Shown piece after piece: positions 47,481 through 61,523 of a stretch of 64,000 nucleotides of DNA. The notes under the pieces were generated by a model. The model searched no databases. It worked only from the letters and a program-made list of their open reading frames with translations, and had not been told where the DNA came from. Within the stretch, counting starts at the first letter, position 1; every line of letters begins with the position of its first letter. This DNA is from the human T2T-CHM13v2.0 reference genome, Homo sapiens. Location: NCBI RefSeq assembly GCF_009914755.1, contig NC_060937.1. One strand, written 5' to 3'. The position numbers and the translations under genes are program-made.

Positions 47481-47934
47481 TGATGCAGGATTTTGCTCCT
47501 TAGCTCGGCTACGTCCAGGTTCTTGCCTCACGACCTGGAAAAATGAGGCGTGCGGACACGAGAGAGTAAGTGGAGTAGAATTTATTATGCGAAAGGGAAG
47601 CTCTCAGCAGAGAGGGGTCCTGAAGCAGGGTGCCTGGTGCCCCCTTCTCAGTTGAATACCACCAGAGCTTAGGGCGCAAACTGCTGGCGGCTCCACCCCC
47701 CGTCCTTCCAGTGCGCATGCTGAGGCCGAGCTGCTCCATATTGATTGATTTCCCTTGCTGCACGTGTGCTAAGGAACGGACTCTTCCACCGCAGGCTTGT
47801 TTAGGCAAAGCCCCCTGTGCAAGTTCCCTTATCGGCACAAAACATCTGACGTAAGCACTCGTGGGGCGGGTCGGAGCTTCTCGGGGGACCCTTCCCTGAC
47901 TGTCTGCCTGAAGCAAGCTGGAGAACTCCTTTCG
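47481..47934 (-). mobile_element. MER61-family solo LTR (ERV1)
   Basis: tgatgcaggattttgctccttagctc...ccccctgtgcaagttcccttatc...cccttccctgactgtctgcctgaagcaagctgg; flanks GTGT/GTAT; matches recalled MER61 consensus. Confidence 0.8.
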
Positions 47935-49373
47935 GTATCGCTAGTCCTGATATACAGAATGGAAGAGCAAATCTCTGGTTACTAGGACTTACTGTTTTAG
48001 TGATTCTCTTTCTTCTTTCAAAATTGTGTGTGCTTTCATACAGCTTTGCCACATCCTTGATTGTGTGGGCTAAGATACATGCTTTCTCCATTTTTACGAA
48101 TATGATAAAATTAACCATTTGAAATTCAACTTAATAAGTTGTTAACGGATCATTATTGAGTGTCAGTTGTGTCCCAGAACGAGCACTTACGAAGGGTAAT
48201 TTAAGATTTAGCAATCAAAACGCAAGTAGTCCTGGAATGGATGTCCCAAAACTCAGTACCAGACCAGAAAAAATTTCATTTTGTTTTCTAATATTAACTT
48301 AATACCTCATTTGTTGATACTCTTAGGCCCCAGTAGTTCAAAAGTCTGCACAAGTGAGTGGAAGCATCCATTAACGACTCGACACTTTAAACAAATAATT
48401 AAATTTCAACTTACTTCTTTTCTGGCAAACACTGTTAATTAACTTTGTTAAAATAGATGTTTCCAGGCAGAAAACCAAGGAAGCACTCCTAAAAGGGCTT
48501 TAAAAAGTTTTTCTGGTTACCAAATAAGTAAAGGCTGTTTTTATGAATTTTTCATCTGGATGAAGTAATAACTTTATTGTAGATCACATCACTTTGAAAT
48601 AATAATTATTTTGTGGGAATTTTATGTTAATCCTATATCATATAGTGTCAGGAATATAATATTTACCATTTGTAAAAATTGGGTGAGTTAATGAAGTATG
48701 CCTGGGATGTATTAAAAGTGATGCCCTTATAAATAAAAGTTCAGTGATCTTTCCTAGATTAAAGAAAAATGCAAACTAGAGAACATCAGAACTGAAAGCA
48801 AGCTGAAAAGGAAACCTAAGCAGGTCAGGTTTAGTAGGATCTGCGGAATGACAGATCCACATCTGAAGACCTTACTGCCTTAGTTTTTGTAGCTAGGCAC
48901 TTTATGTTCATTTCAAAGAACAGAGAAGGAATGCTCAGAAAGATGTCACAGCTTTTCCACAGAAGAGGTAACGTCTTTCCTGTAAGGCCCATGAAGCATG
49001 AACAGTTTTCCCAAGGCCATGTGTGAGCCTGCATGTCTCAACACAGCGTGCTGTCTCGGGATCGCCTCACTTTATGTTGACTTGCTAAGCTGAGTCAAGT
49101 TGGTTATGTCTTCTTCTCAGCCTGACACCTTTCTGGCATAATTCACCTACACTAGGTGGTTCTACCCTGTGAGATACTGAATGGCAGAACTTGTGTCATA
49201 TTCATTTGTAATGCCAGCATCTGAAACACCATCAGGGACATGACACAGTCAACATATACTGGGTATTTCAGACAAATGAATCAAATTGAAGTGTGAACGG
49301 AGACCACAAACTCATTGCAAGTAGATGTGCCATTCCCTCCTCATTTCTGTGTCTGAGAAATATCTCCAGTTAA

Positions 49374-49610
<237 letters not shown>

Positions 49611-49875
49611 TGAATGAAGATGTTCAGCCAGTTGTCATTTACAAATAGGGGAGGGGACATCATAATAGATACAAGGGGGTTCAAAATTTGTGGAAATAAA
49701 GAATAAAAAATTATTGAGCTTGGGTTCAAATAAATACTGTTCGAGTGAACATTTATTTATTTTACATATTTAAAATATTTTGTACATACTTTCTTTTTGT
49801 ATTTGCTCCGAATAGTTGGATCTAAAACACGTAATATAGGTAGATGTTGTTGTTCACAAAGAAAGTGCACTTTGA

Positions 49876-50173
49876 GGCTGAGCGCAGGGGCTCACGACTA
49901 TAATCCCAGCACTCTGGGAGGCCGAGGCATGTGAATCACCTGAGGTCAGGAGTTCGAGATCGGCCTGGCCAACATTGTGAAACCTCGTCTCTACTAAAAA
50001 TACAAAAATTAGCCAGGAGTGGTGGCTGGTGCCTGTAATCCCAGCTACTCAGGAGGCTGAGGCAGGAGAATTGCTTGAAGCCGGGAGGCAGAGGTTGCGG
50101 TGAGCTGAGATCATGCTGTTGCATTCCAGCTGGACAAGAGCAAAACTCTGTCTCAAAAAAAAAAAGAAAAGAA
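49876..50173 (+). mobile_element. AluSq/Sp-like with 17-bp TSD
   Basis: TSD AAAGAAAGTGCACTTTG on both sides. Confidence 0.93.
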
Positions 50174-51008
50174 AAAGAAAGTGCACTTTGGTGTGTTAGG
50201 ACATTTTGGGGAGCTGGCCAGAAAAGAAATTATTGTGAGGGATCACTGGGGCCTGATAATAAATCTTTGGTGTATCTGAAAGAATTGGCAATAGTTATCC
50301 TTAAAGACTTCGATGGGCAGGCCATGCACCTTTGGGGCCAAAACAGATTTTAAACTCTATTTGGAAACATTTGCAGTGTTAACTGTCCCGCTAATTCATC
50401 ATTCTAAAATATGACCGTGATTCAAGGAGGAAGCAAAAAGACCTGTTAGCAGCTAAGATAAAGCTAAAAACATCCCACATAATCAAACTCAGAAATTTTA
50501 CTCAAGGAGGCCACCACAGGTGCTTATCCATAGACTGATTCTGTTGTTTATACATAGTTCTAGCAAGTTTTGTTAAAAGGTTTGTTCAGACCATAGCAGA
50601 TCAGAAGAAGACATTGAAAGGCCACTGGAAGGAATGGCTAACAGTGGGGGGAACAGACAGGACAGGAACCAATAACCAATCCAAAAGAATGGAAATCAAC
50701 AGTCTGCTCTCTAGGGGCCTCTACCTAGAGATGGAACCCTCTCCATTTCTATATTTCTTTTGGAAATCACTCCAGATGCCTGGAAGTTCATGATGATTTT
50801 CCTAAGGTTGAAATAAAATATTATTTTAGAGGATACTTCACCCTTGCTTATGCTGATGATCATGACTCAGTGCCATGGGTACACCAGCAGCTCTGGATCC
50901 TAATCTCCATACTGCCTCTCATTCTTAAGATGCAGACCTGCCTGTCCAACGAATTTCCTGGACATGCCGCAGTGTACTGCAAACACGTGGCCAAAATTGA
51001 AGTCTTTC

Positions 51009-51346
51009 TTTTTTATTTTCACTTATTTATTTACCATTATTGTTATTTATTTTTGAGACAGGGTCTTGCTCTGTCACACAGGCTGGAGTACAGTGATACG
51101 ATCACCATTCACCGCAGCCTCAACTTCCTGGGCTCAAGTGATCCTCCCACCTCATCCTTCCAAGTAGCTGGGACCACAGGCATGTGTCTCTGCCTAGCTA
51201 ATTTTTGTATTTTTTTTTTTTTTTTTTTTTTTTGTGGAGACTGGGTCTCCTGTGTTTCCCAAGCTGGTCTCGAACTCCTGGGCTCAAGTGATCCACCTGC
51301 CTCAGCCTCCCAAAGTGCTAGGATTACAGGCGTGAACCACTGCATC
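51009..51346 (-). mobile_element. AluJ-like
   Basis: Full dimer with a long internal poly-T. Confidence 0.9.
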
Positions 51347-53362
51347 GTACTAAGTTTCTCTATTTCCAACACATTCTGAATATCCTATTACTCCTAGCTC
51401 TTTAGTCTGTCCAGTTTCCTTCAGGTCCACAGTCATTGCTGCTGTGGAGTCATCTTCTCACATGGCATTATCTTTGAGACTGTTCTAAGTTGCTCTCTTT
51501 CTTTTTCCATCCTTGGCCATCCTCCAGTGCATGTCCCTGTGGCAGGCCGTGGTTGATAGCTCTGCTCCCCAGGGTCAGGTAGGGCCCAGGCCCTGTCGCT
51601 CCCCAGACACTTTCTCACCTGCTCAGAGGAAGGGAGCAGCAAACCCCAGTCCAGGCAGAAGGCTCATCATATGCAGAGGGGCTACCTGTCTTCTCATCAC
51701 AGTTATGGGCTTGAACTTAGTCATGCTGCTATCTAGTTCGGACTCATTGATAACTAGGCAGCCATGTATTCAACTTCAACTAGTAAATGGAAGAAGAGGA
51801 GAGTTGATGCTGGTGAACTGCCATCAGCCTGTATCACCAGAGACTCCTTTGCTCAAAGCCCTTGAGTGTGTCTCTGTTCCCTTTACATCAAGTCCAATAA
51901 ATCAGCATGGCCTGGCATTCTTTCTGGCAATGTTACATTTGTTGTGGTTTTTATTTTCTTCTCTGATCTTAGAACACTATATCCCCTTCCTCTTACTCTC
52001 TGCTGAAGCCACCTTTGAGCATGTATCTCTCTCAGCCTGGCCCGTGCAGTCTCATTCATTTGCTTTCTCACTCCACAAGCATCTATTAACAAAGGGCTAC
52101 CCAGTGCCTGTCCCTGGAATTCAGAGCTGCTGTCCCAACAGCATGGTAGGAGCTCAGTTTCTATGTGGGGAATAAATGAATATACTAAAATAAGTATCGT
52201 GACCGTATAGGAGAAACATTTCATTACCCCCAGTTTCCTAAGTTAAGTTCCTTAGTTAACTTTACATTATCAAATACATTTAATGTGGACAACCCATTTG
52301 TATGTCATCAGGAGGCTGTACATTTGGCCTGTGTGTGTTTCCTTATATGTGATTTATAGAACTAACATTGACATTTTCTTCAATTTGTCTTACCTGCCCT
52401 GCTTTTGTTAGATAGTGGGATTTTTCTACCTCTCTTCCTTTTTATACAACCTTTTGTTTTTCATTCCAGTGTAGGGAAGACACATTTGTTAAAAAATGTC
52501 TTATCTCGCAGGTCAAGAGACCACTAAATGCATATATGGAAAATCGTGTTCAATTCCACATATACACTAACAGAACATAAGATTTTCTATAGATAAATCA
52601 ATATTCTATGTGTAACATTCAAGAAATAATGTACATATGTGCTATATCATTGCCTTGACAAAAAATAATGCATGTACACATCATAGGCCATGTTACAATA
52701 GTATAAAACTTTCTATTGGCACTGATTTCAAAGTGCGATATTGCTGCAGTGTGAAATTTCCACGGAGGTGCCTCTGATGCTGACATGTGTCTGGCCGTAC
52801 ACACATTTACAGAAAGATGCCTGCATTTCAGTCATAATTTTATATTTAAAAGTGTCTGATTATATTCATGCAAGACAGCTGCACTTATATCGTTTCCTAA
52901 ATCAATGCCATCTAAAGGTTCAAAAGTTAAAAATACGGAAATATACTGCACAATGAATATTGTGCTATTTGTGTTTGTTTCTGTGGCACCTGCTTTTTTA
53001 TCTGGCTGCTACAGTTTAGAGTGATTTCTACCATGGTGGCGGTTAGTTGGCATGTTCTTTAAATTTATAGTATCTGATTCCTTATTTAGAAATGAGAATA
53101 ACTGATTTTTAATTAATAAATTAGTATTATTTTGCATATTTTATACTTGTGAATTATAAGTAATTTTAAAATTTATTCTTCTCTAATAGATCCCCAAGCT
53201 TATGTCTGATTCTGTAGACTTTTCTCTTTAAAAAGAATGCATAATTAGTTTTTTGAATATCTGTGGTATCATGTGTGTTCATTAATGACTTTAATTTATA
53301 ACCATTTATTAAGCTCATACCATATTGAGCACCTGCATAATTCTACAACAAGCTCAAAATAA

Positions 53363-53661
<299 letters not shown>

Positions 53662-54421
53662 TAATATTGAGAGTCAATTTGGGAGAATAGCATAACCTAT
53701 CTTCTTTGTTCAAATATGTTAATATCCTGACAACTGACACTTAAGAGTTAGAGTACGTGTAAAACAACATGGTTATAAAATAGCCTCAAGTTAACTAACG
53801 GAAATAACAGAAACTGATGACTTACTCATAATGAAAAGGAACAATAGTTTCCCCTCTAAATTATATACAATCATCTATTAAAATGATCATCTGGGAGACA
53901 GCAGGCTGTATAATTTCTGTAATGCATTCTCTATTACCTTATGTAAATTGGCTTTAAATTTTAGTTCAAACAAATACATTCTAAAGTGCATTCCTTTGGA
54001 TCAGGTAGATATAACCCTCCCAAATCAGTTAGCATCTGGGAGTCCAGATTATAATATCAGTGCATATTTCAAGTAAAACTAATTCTAGTTAACTTGTGTG
54101 TTTTATTCACTCCTCATGACACATAAAAGATTCATAAATAAATGACTTCTAGTCTCATGAAAAAATATTGCCCAGGTTTGAGCATGGCTTAAATTCCATG
54201 TCAGCTGTGGTTTTATTGTTTCCCTTTAGATCATTATCCACATGAATATCATTCAGTGTCCAAGATGTTCATGAAAATCATCAGTCATTATATCTGTAAA
54301 TCATCCGAGTATATGTACAGGAATTAAATACAAGCATTGAATACATTTTTTAATTTACCATAAATCTTTATAAAATTAGAGGGTTTAGTGAAATTAAGTA
54401 TATTTAAGAGATGAACCAGTA

Positions 54422-54621
54422 CAATAAATCTTCACAATGTCATTGATGGGTTCTTGGAAACTGTGACTTTAAGCAAAACTATTTCCTGTCTGCTGTAAGA
54501 ATTTAACTCTTGTTTATATTAATTAGTCTGTGATAAAATTGGTTGCATTAGAAGGTACGTTGTTTTGCTTAAAGTAGAAATTTCCAAGAACCTATTGATG
54601 ATACTAAGTGAGCACTTCCTA
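54422..54621. mobile_element. MER6-type Tigger MITE
   Basis: Imperfect TIRs of about 60 bp (gatgggttcttggaaactgtgactttaagcaaaac / gttttgcttaaagtagaaatttccaagaacctattg); TA flanks. Confidence 0.75.
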
Positions 54622-55034
54622 TACTTCCTGAAAGGAAAATCTGATTAAGGAAATGAGTAGAAAAGAACATCCTTGAACAGCCTTGATTTATGGAGCTATC
54701 TAGTAGAAAGTTTGAGGGTCAGGATAAGATGAAAGGAAAGTTCACTAGGTGGCCCTAAGAGGAGAGGACAATGTGCTGATTAGAGACACGGTTTAGCCAT
54801 ATTTGGTTGTGAGACTGCATTCTGGAATATCACACAGGCCATCATGGGGAGTGCTGGCAGGCGGGATCAGGTGTGTAGCAAGCACACAAACTGTACATTC
54901 CACTGAGAGAGCCTGGTTCATTCTAAAGGAGACAATTTTGCCTCAAATCCTAGGAAAATACTCATTGGGGGTCATTTGGATCAGCAGTTGCCAAATAATG
55001 TGTAGTAAAAGAATGATAGAGAAAGAAAAGTCAG

Positions 55035-55407
55035 TGTACTAGTCTGTTCTCATACTGCCATAAAGATACCACCTGAGACTAGGAAATTTATTTTTTAAAA
55101 AAAGGAGGTTTAATTGACTCACAGTTCTGCATGGCTGGGGAAGCCTCAGGAAATTTACAGTCATGGCAGGAGGTGAAGAAGAAAGAAGCAAGGCACATCT
55201 TACATGATGGCAGGAGAGAGAGCATGCGCAGGGGAAACTGCCAGTTTTAAACCATAGATCTCATGCGAATGCCTTCACGATCATGAGAGCAGCATGGGGA
55301 AAACTGCCCCCATGACTCAATCACCCCCCACCGGGTCTCTCCTTTGACATGTGGGGATTACAATTCGACTCGAGATTTGGGTGGGGAAACAGAGCCAAAC
55401 CATATCA
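55035..55407 (-). mobile_element. MaLR solo LTR (THE1D/MSTA-like)
   Basis: tgtactagtctgttctcatactgc...gagatttgggtggggaaacagagccaaaccatatca; flanks GTCAG/GTGAG. Confidence 0.88.
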
Positions 55408-56709
55408 GTGAGGATGTATTGGGGTGGTCTTCATTGTAGTATTGTGCAGACACTGAGGAGTAGAGAAACTCTTCCTGTGGTTGATAATAATGGCATCATT
55501 GTTAAAATTAAAGATTGCCATCTCAGTGGAGTATGGGAAGCCAGAGAACCCAAAATGAAAGGGTTTGGGTGGAAACTAGAAGTTCACACTGTCACAACAC
55601 ACAGTACTCTCCCTGAAGGAGGTTTTGGGAGAAGAGAGAGAAGGAGGAAGATTCAGTTGGTAACATCTAGTAAGTGAGAGAGTGCAGCATTGAGGTCCAG
55701 AAATGACTTTTGGTGATTATATGCAGGTCAAACACTTATTCTTACGAGAAGTGACTGAAATCTTTCTGTCAGTCTTACACCTCATTTGGCCCATCTTAAA
55801 AGCCTGCATGAGCTCACCTGCCTTTGTCCTGGGCTTCAAGTGCACTTTACCCACTGGGTAGATGGACGGATGGAACCCGATCACCACAGACATGGCTTTG
55901 TTCCCCCACAAAGTTTCAGAGCAGCTAAGAGCAGTTAGGAAGGGCTGTTTTGTTTCTAACCCCTGCATTTGAATTTCAAACATTGGAAGCAGGGCATTTT
56001 CCATGACATTAAATTTATTGGAACAGAAAAGTCATGTTTCAGGAAGAAACTACCTGGAACCTTCACCAACTCTGGTCCAAATGAATTTCAACTTTAAGAA
56101 TATTCAATTCCATTGAAATCACTTAAATAAGCATTCACTATGCAATAGCTTTCAGAGAGCAGACTGATGGGTTGATATCGATTGAGTTAATATTTTTTAT
56201 AGAGGATGCCACAAGTCTTTACTTTCAGAAAATACAGTAGATTAACTCCTACCATAATAGTCCATGACTTATATAGGGACATAAATTTATAGAAAAAATA
56301 CCATACATTATAAATACAAAAAAAAAGTCAATAAAATTTGAATAAGTAAATATTGAGGAAAATATATATATTTAATTTTCTTCATTTATATTTTTATTTA
56401 AATTTTGTTACTGTGCAACGTTGTCATTGTTGTTTTTGAAATCAAGGTGAGCAGCGGAATAATGCCAGTTTTGTTTAGCTCAGTATTTCTCTTAATACAT
56501 TTATTTAGTGCCACCTATCGGCCAAGTGGCTAATTAAAGATAAAAAACTGGTTATTGCATAGTTTATTTAGCATTTTAATCTTGACTCATGGATGACAAC
56601 GTACAGTGAAAGAATGCCATGGGGTATTTACATTTTGTTAAGTAGTTGTAGTTTTATATTCGTTTCATGCCTTCTATGTCTTTATTGGTATTTCAGCAGT
56701 AATTACTGC

Positions 56710-57200
56710 ATAGTGCAGTGGTTAAGTGTGTGATTCTGAAAGCCAACTCACCTGGGTTCAACTCCCAGCTTCATTGTTGACAACCTTTGAGCCTTGGGAA
56801 AACTAATTGGTCTATGTCCTTTTTTCTGTAAAGCAGTGTAAAATATACACTGGTTCCGAGAGTTAACAGAGAACACACATGCACAGACACATCACCCGTT
56901 AGAACACTGCCTGGTACATAGTGAGCAGGACGGGAACATTGTCTATTGCTATTCACAAAAGTAAAATTCACTGTTGTTATTTGCTGAATGTTTTCTCTGT
57001 GCCAGACGTAAAGCTGAGTGCTTTACACAGCGGACACTGACAAACACTGAAGGAGTTATTCCAGCGTGAGAATTAAGGAAAATGAGGTTTGAGGAATTCA
57101 GAGGACCTCCTCAGCGTTACATAATTTCTCATTAGCAGTGTTGGGGTGTGGGGGTAGCTCCTTCTCACTCCCAGGCACATGCATTTAACCATTTCCCTAT
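56710..57200. mobile_element. Two adjacent MIR relics in opposite orientation
   Basis: gtgcagtggttaagtgtg...cctgggttcaactcccagct...tagaacactgcctggtacatagt, then tgtgccagac...aaggaaaatgaggtttgagga. Confidence 0.6.
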
Positions 57201-57793
57201 ATTGACTGTTAGGGGAACAAGTTATTAATTACCTGTAATGTCCTTTTTCCAAGAATAATCAAAACATTACTTATCAGACACAACACCAGAATAACTAGAA
57301 GCAAAATATTTTTAAAGATTATCCTATTTTTATGACTTTAAAAATAATTGTTTAATGTAATATTATTAATATTTAAAATGTGCTATCATTACCCTCTTAT
57401 TTTCACCGTATGTATATAACTACATATTTCATATTAGATTATAGGAAAAGATACAAAAACGAAGAGTTACTAAGTACTATTTCATTTTTTTCCCAGAAAA
57501 CATTGCTATCATCACTGCTATCAATTTACTTTTATCATCTTTAAAATTAGATTATTATATACAGACCTAAACCATAAAGTTTTTGTAAGGAATTAATATA
57601 TGTTTGTCTCCAAAATTCAAACTTCAAACACAGAAGTTTTAACATACTTCACTATTATCACAACTTGTAGCATTTTTTAATTTGTGGTTAGCGTCAAACT
57701 ATTTTATAATCTTTCACAGTATAAAATACTTCCAGGTTAATTCAACACCTTAATGTAGCAGATGCCAGGAAATTTAAAAGTGGGATCAAAGCA

Positions 57794-58134
57794 GCCGCGC
57801 GTGGTGGCTCATGCCTGTAATGCCAGCACTTTTTGGGAGGCCGAGGTGGGCGGATCACCTGAGGTCAGGAGTTTGAGACCAGCCTGGCCAACATGGCGAA
57901 ACCCTGTCTCTACTACTAAAACTACAAAAATTGGCCTGGTGTAACGGCATGCCCTTGTAATCCCAGCTACTCCAGAGGCTGAGGCAGGAGAATTGCTTGA
58001 ATCCAGGAGGCAGAGGTTGCAGTAAGCCGAGATCACACCACTGCAGTGAGCCGAGATCACATCACTGCACTCCAGCCTGGATGACAGAGTGAGACTCTGT
58101 CTCAAAAAATAAAATAAAAAGTAAATTTTTTAAA
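57794..58134 (+). mobile_element. AluS-like with 18-bp TSD and an internal 24-bp tandem duplication
   Basis: TSD AAAAGTGGGATCAAAGCA at 57776-57793 and 58135-58152. Confidence 0.93.
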
Positions 58135-59123
58135 AAAAGTGGGATCAAAGCACTTAAAAAAAAGTAGGATAGTGTTCTCAAAAAAACACTATTAGAAACA
58201 CTAGGGAACAGGAAAACTAGTCCGTGTATCAATAAGGTGTTATTGTACTCCCTCCTGTGGCTGATGCAGAAACCGCATGGAACATAACTATCATGCAAGA
58301 GATACCCTTGAACCCTCCAGATTTTCATACATTTTGGAGAATTGCTTGGTCCCCATCACCTTCACAGGCAGAGTCAATTGATGAAGAAGCAGTGGCTTTT
58401 ATTCTACTGTGAATGCTTAAGGAAACATGTCAAGGAAGAATTTCAGCCCCCAGGGTTGGCCTGAGGAGCTTTATCATAGCATTGCAAAGCCACAAACTTG
58501 CCAGTCTGCAACAAAGCACAGGGCAGCGAGAGAAGGCGGCATGGCAGCTCAGCTGGGAGTTTCACTGCTGCCCTGTGGAAGAGAATAGTTGGTGTGAGGC
58601 AAAAGCACGGTACAGGGAGGATAAATGGGGGTCAGGGTTGAAAAAGAGTATGAGTGGAAAGTAAATAAGGATTCAAAGGAATGTTCTATGCCAATGTTTA
58701 AATAAATGTATTATTGTAAAATGAATTCTGACTTTTGCCTATATTAATTCAGATGACTCCTTCCCTTCCAAAATGCAAACGCTATTTTACTGTTCTATTC
58801 AGGTTTGAAATCTTGATAACATTTGTTAAGCTTGGGGCTGTGTGTGTAGAGAATGGCTTTCCTTCTTTTATGTGCAGGAGAGTGCAGTGTCGTCAAGCAA
58901 TCTGTCTATTATTGCTTCATGAACAGTAGCCACAATTTGAGACATAGGATGCTAGTGGCTTGCCTTTGAGGAAAAAGGGGTCTTAAAAATTCAATATAGC
59001 ATTCTATGAGCAGGATAGAAACTTTCAGACCAAGAAGTATTATTCACTGCATCGTCGCTATTACTCATCAATTTTATTTCTTAAAATATGAGCAGTTCAG
59101 TAAAATGTTCTCCTCTCCCACAG

Positions 59124-59241
59124 GTCGTGTGCATCTTAGAAGCCTTTGGACATGCCAAGACCACACTTAATGATTTGTCCAGTTGCTTCATCAAGTATTT
59201 TGAACTGCAGTTCTGTGAGAGGAAACAACAGCTAACCGGAG
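59124..59241 (+). CDS. MYO16: MYO16 exon with switch I ([39 protein letters not shown])
   Basis: tcctctcccacag| acceptor, G|gtaagt donor, 118 nt, phase 0-1; LEAFG.AKT myosin motif. Confidence 0.96.
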
Positions 59242-59452
59242 GTAAGTGCAGTATTTGACAACGTGGATTTCCTGTGCCGAGCCAGCATGCGACCACGTCA
59301 CACACAGGCACGCTATGGACACACTGTGTATGAATCAATGCTGGGAGAGAAAACCTATTCTTCATGACCGTGTCTGGAAACAGCTTAAGATACTTCTGGA
59401 AAGTTTGTATTACATTAGAACAAGGATCAATACTCAGGCACTCAGTTGAGGG

Positions 59453-59453
59453 T

Positions 59454-59499
<46 letters not shown>
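59453..59499. repeat. (TG)n microsatellite
   Basis: Near-perfect TG run. Confidence 0.95.
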
Positions 59500-59502
<3 letters not shown>

Positions 59503-60214
59503 CATACCTAGGATGTCAGGTGATAAGTGCTGAAGTTATTGTGAATTAAAAAATATTCTCAAATGCAAGCTGAACCTTTTCAAAATGATTATTGTATGGG
59601 CTATATAATGAGAAACCAAACCCAGACCAAACGTAGCTGAATTATCCTTGCTGAACATAGAAACAAACTCAAATACTTTAATTAAATAAATAATACCTTA
59701 GTATTATATATAATTTCTTCACATAATACACATTGAAATCTATTTGAAATAAAACTGAATCCATATAGTTAAATGACTGAATTAAATCTAAACATCAAAA
59801 TAATTGCCAAACTAAACCCAAGCAGACACTGTTTCGTATTTGATTTAAATACTTAAAGTATATTTTATAAAAACTCCTTATTTAAAATTCAACTAATTTA
59901 GAATTCACCTAGAATTTTACATCTTTCCAATTAAAACAGATTATTAATGCAAATTAATAATATAAATACAATTGTAGGTAGAATTTTGATATACTTGAAG
60001 TAATCAGATATTTTTAAAAAACGTTTACAACAGCTGTCAGCACATAAACATTTGCCAATTATTATAAATGATTTCTGAAAGAGTTTAATTTTACTTGGCT
60101 TTTTAAAGTTACCCTATTTTCCCTTCAGGAAAAAAAAAGTTAGTTTTGACCATAATCTAGAAACAAAAACATTGTATTTTGCAGCAAGTCTATGTCAGAA
60201 TCAGTTTTCTACTA

Positions 60215-60559
<345 letters not shown>

Positions 60560-60919
60560 GATGCTTTTAGATGTTTAGATGTTGAAGTTAGAAGGTTAAC
60601 TTATACAAAAGGAAAGCTATTCAATCATTTATTGGTTTTTTAAACCCATGGCTTAGAGTTCTGAAGGTCTGCCATTTTATGAAGACCTCATCGGAGAACT
60701 GTCGTGAGCCTCAAGCTCTGGTTTTCAAGTCTCAGTTTCCTAACACCTGGCTGGGTGTGCTCCTCCAAGGGAAGGGGCCGGATTTACTTCTGTAATACTG
60801 AGCACAGTTTTCCCCCTGAGCTCTCAGTGACTGGTGGGCTGTGGCGATGTTCTCTAAGTGGATAGAAGTTCTCCAAAAGTAGGAAGCTGAAACATTGAAA
60901 GCTCCGTGTTCCAGCCCCT

Positions 60920-61078
60920 TGCCACTCAAATGTGTGGCCCAAGGACGAGCACTGCGTCATCACTTGGGAGTTTGTTATAGATGCAGAATCTGAGGCCATA
61001 CTCCAGACTGGCTGATGGAGACTGCAGTTTAACAAGATTCCAGGTGATTCATGGGACATGAGTGTCTGAGAGCTCTGA
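60920..61078. mobile_element. MER5A-like hAT-Charlie MITE
   Basis: catcacttgggagtttgttatagatgcagaatctgagg...tttaacaagattccaggtgattc. Confidence 0.75.
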
Positions 61079-61523
61079 GAGCTGAAAGCAGGCCATTCGT
61101 GTTTATGCACAACTAGTGCAAGGAGGAGAAGCTCATCTGGGGTGTCACCAGCATGACTTTTTCTTCTCAATTTCATGTTTCCTTTAGCAAGAGGGAGAGA
61201 AAATAACTGGCTTCTGAAGGTGTCATCCATTACTAACATTTTTTTTCCTCTTTTTTATTTTTCTGGATAGAGTTTAGAGGGTCCTTTTCTTTAGGAATGT
61301 TGATTTAGAAAATAATTATGTACACATATTAAAAAGAACTAGAAAACTTTGTTGTAAACACTGATTAACTGAGCCTTCTGTTAATCAACAATCTCTATGA
61401 ACACTTGGTCCCTCACATCTTTAGCATAATTAGCCCCACATATACCTCTCAGGCAGCTTGTCCAGGCAGCATTGAGACCCAGAGGTGATACATATTCATA
61501 ATGATGGGCCTGGAGCAGTTCAA

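Noticed and set aside
48904-48967. Possible alternative first exon (ATG...AGAAGAG|gtaacg) upstream of the P-loop exon
   Set aside because: It ends in phase 1 but exon 49475 needs phase 2; there is no promoter evidence.
51513-52175. 220-aa ORF in apparently non-repeat sequence
   Set aside because: Non-ATG start, no recognisable domain, no matching splice sites, and the MYO16 frame is complete without it.
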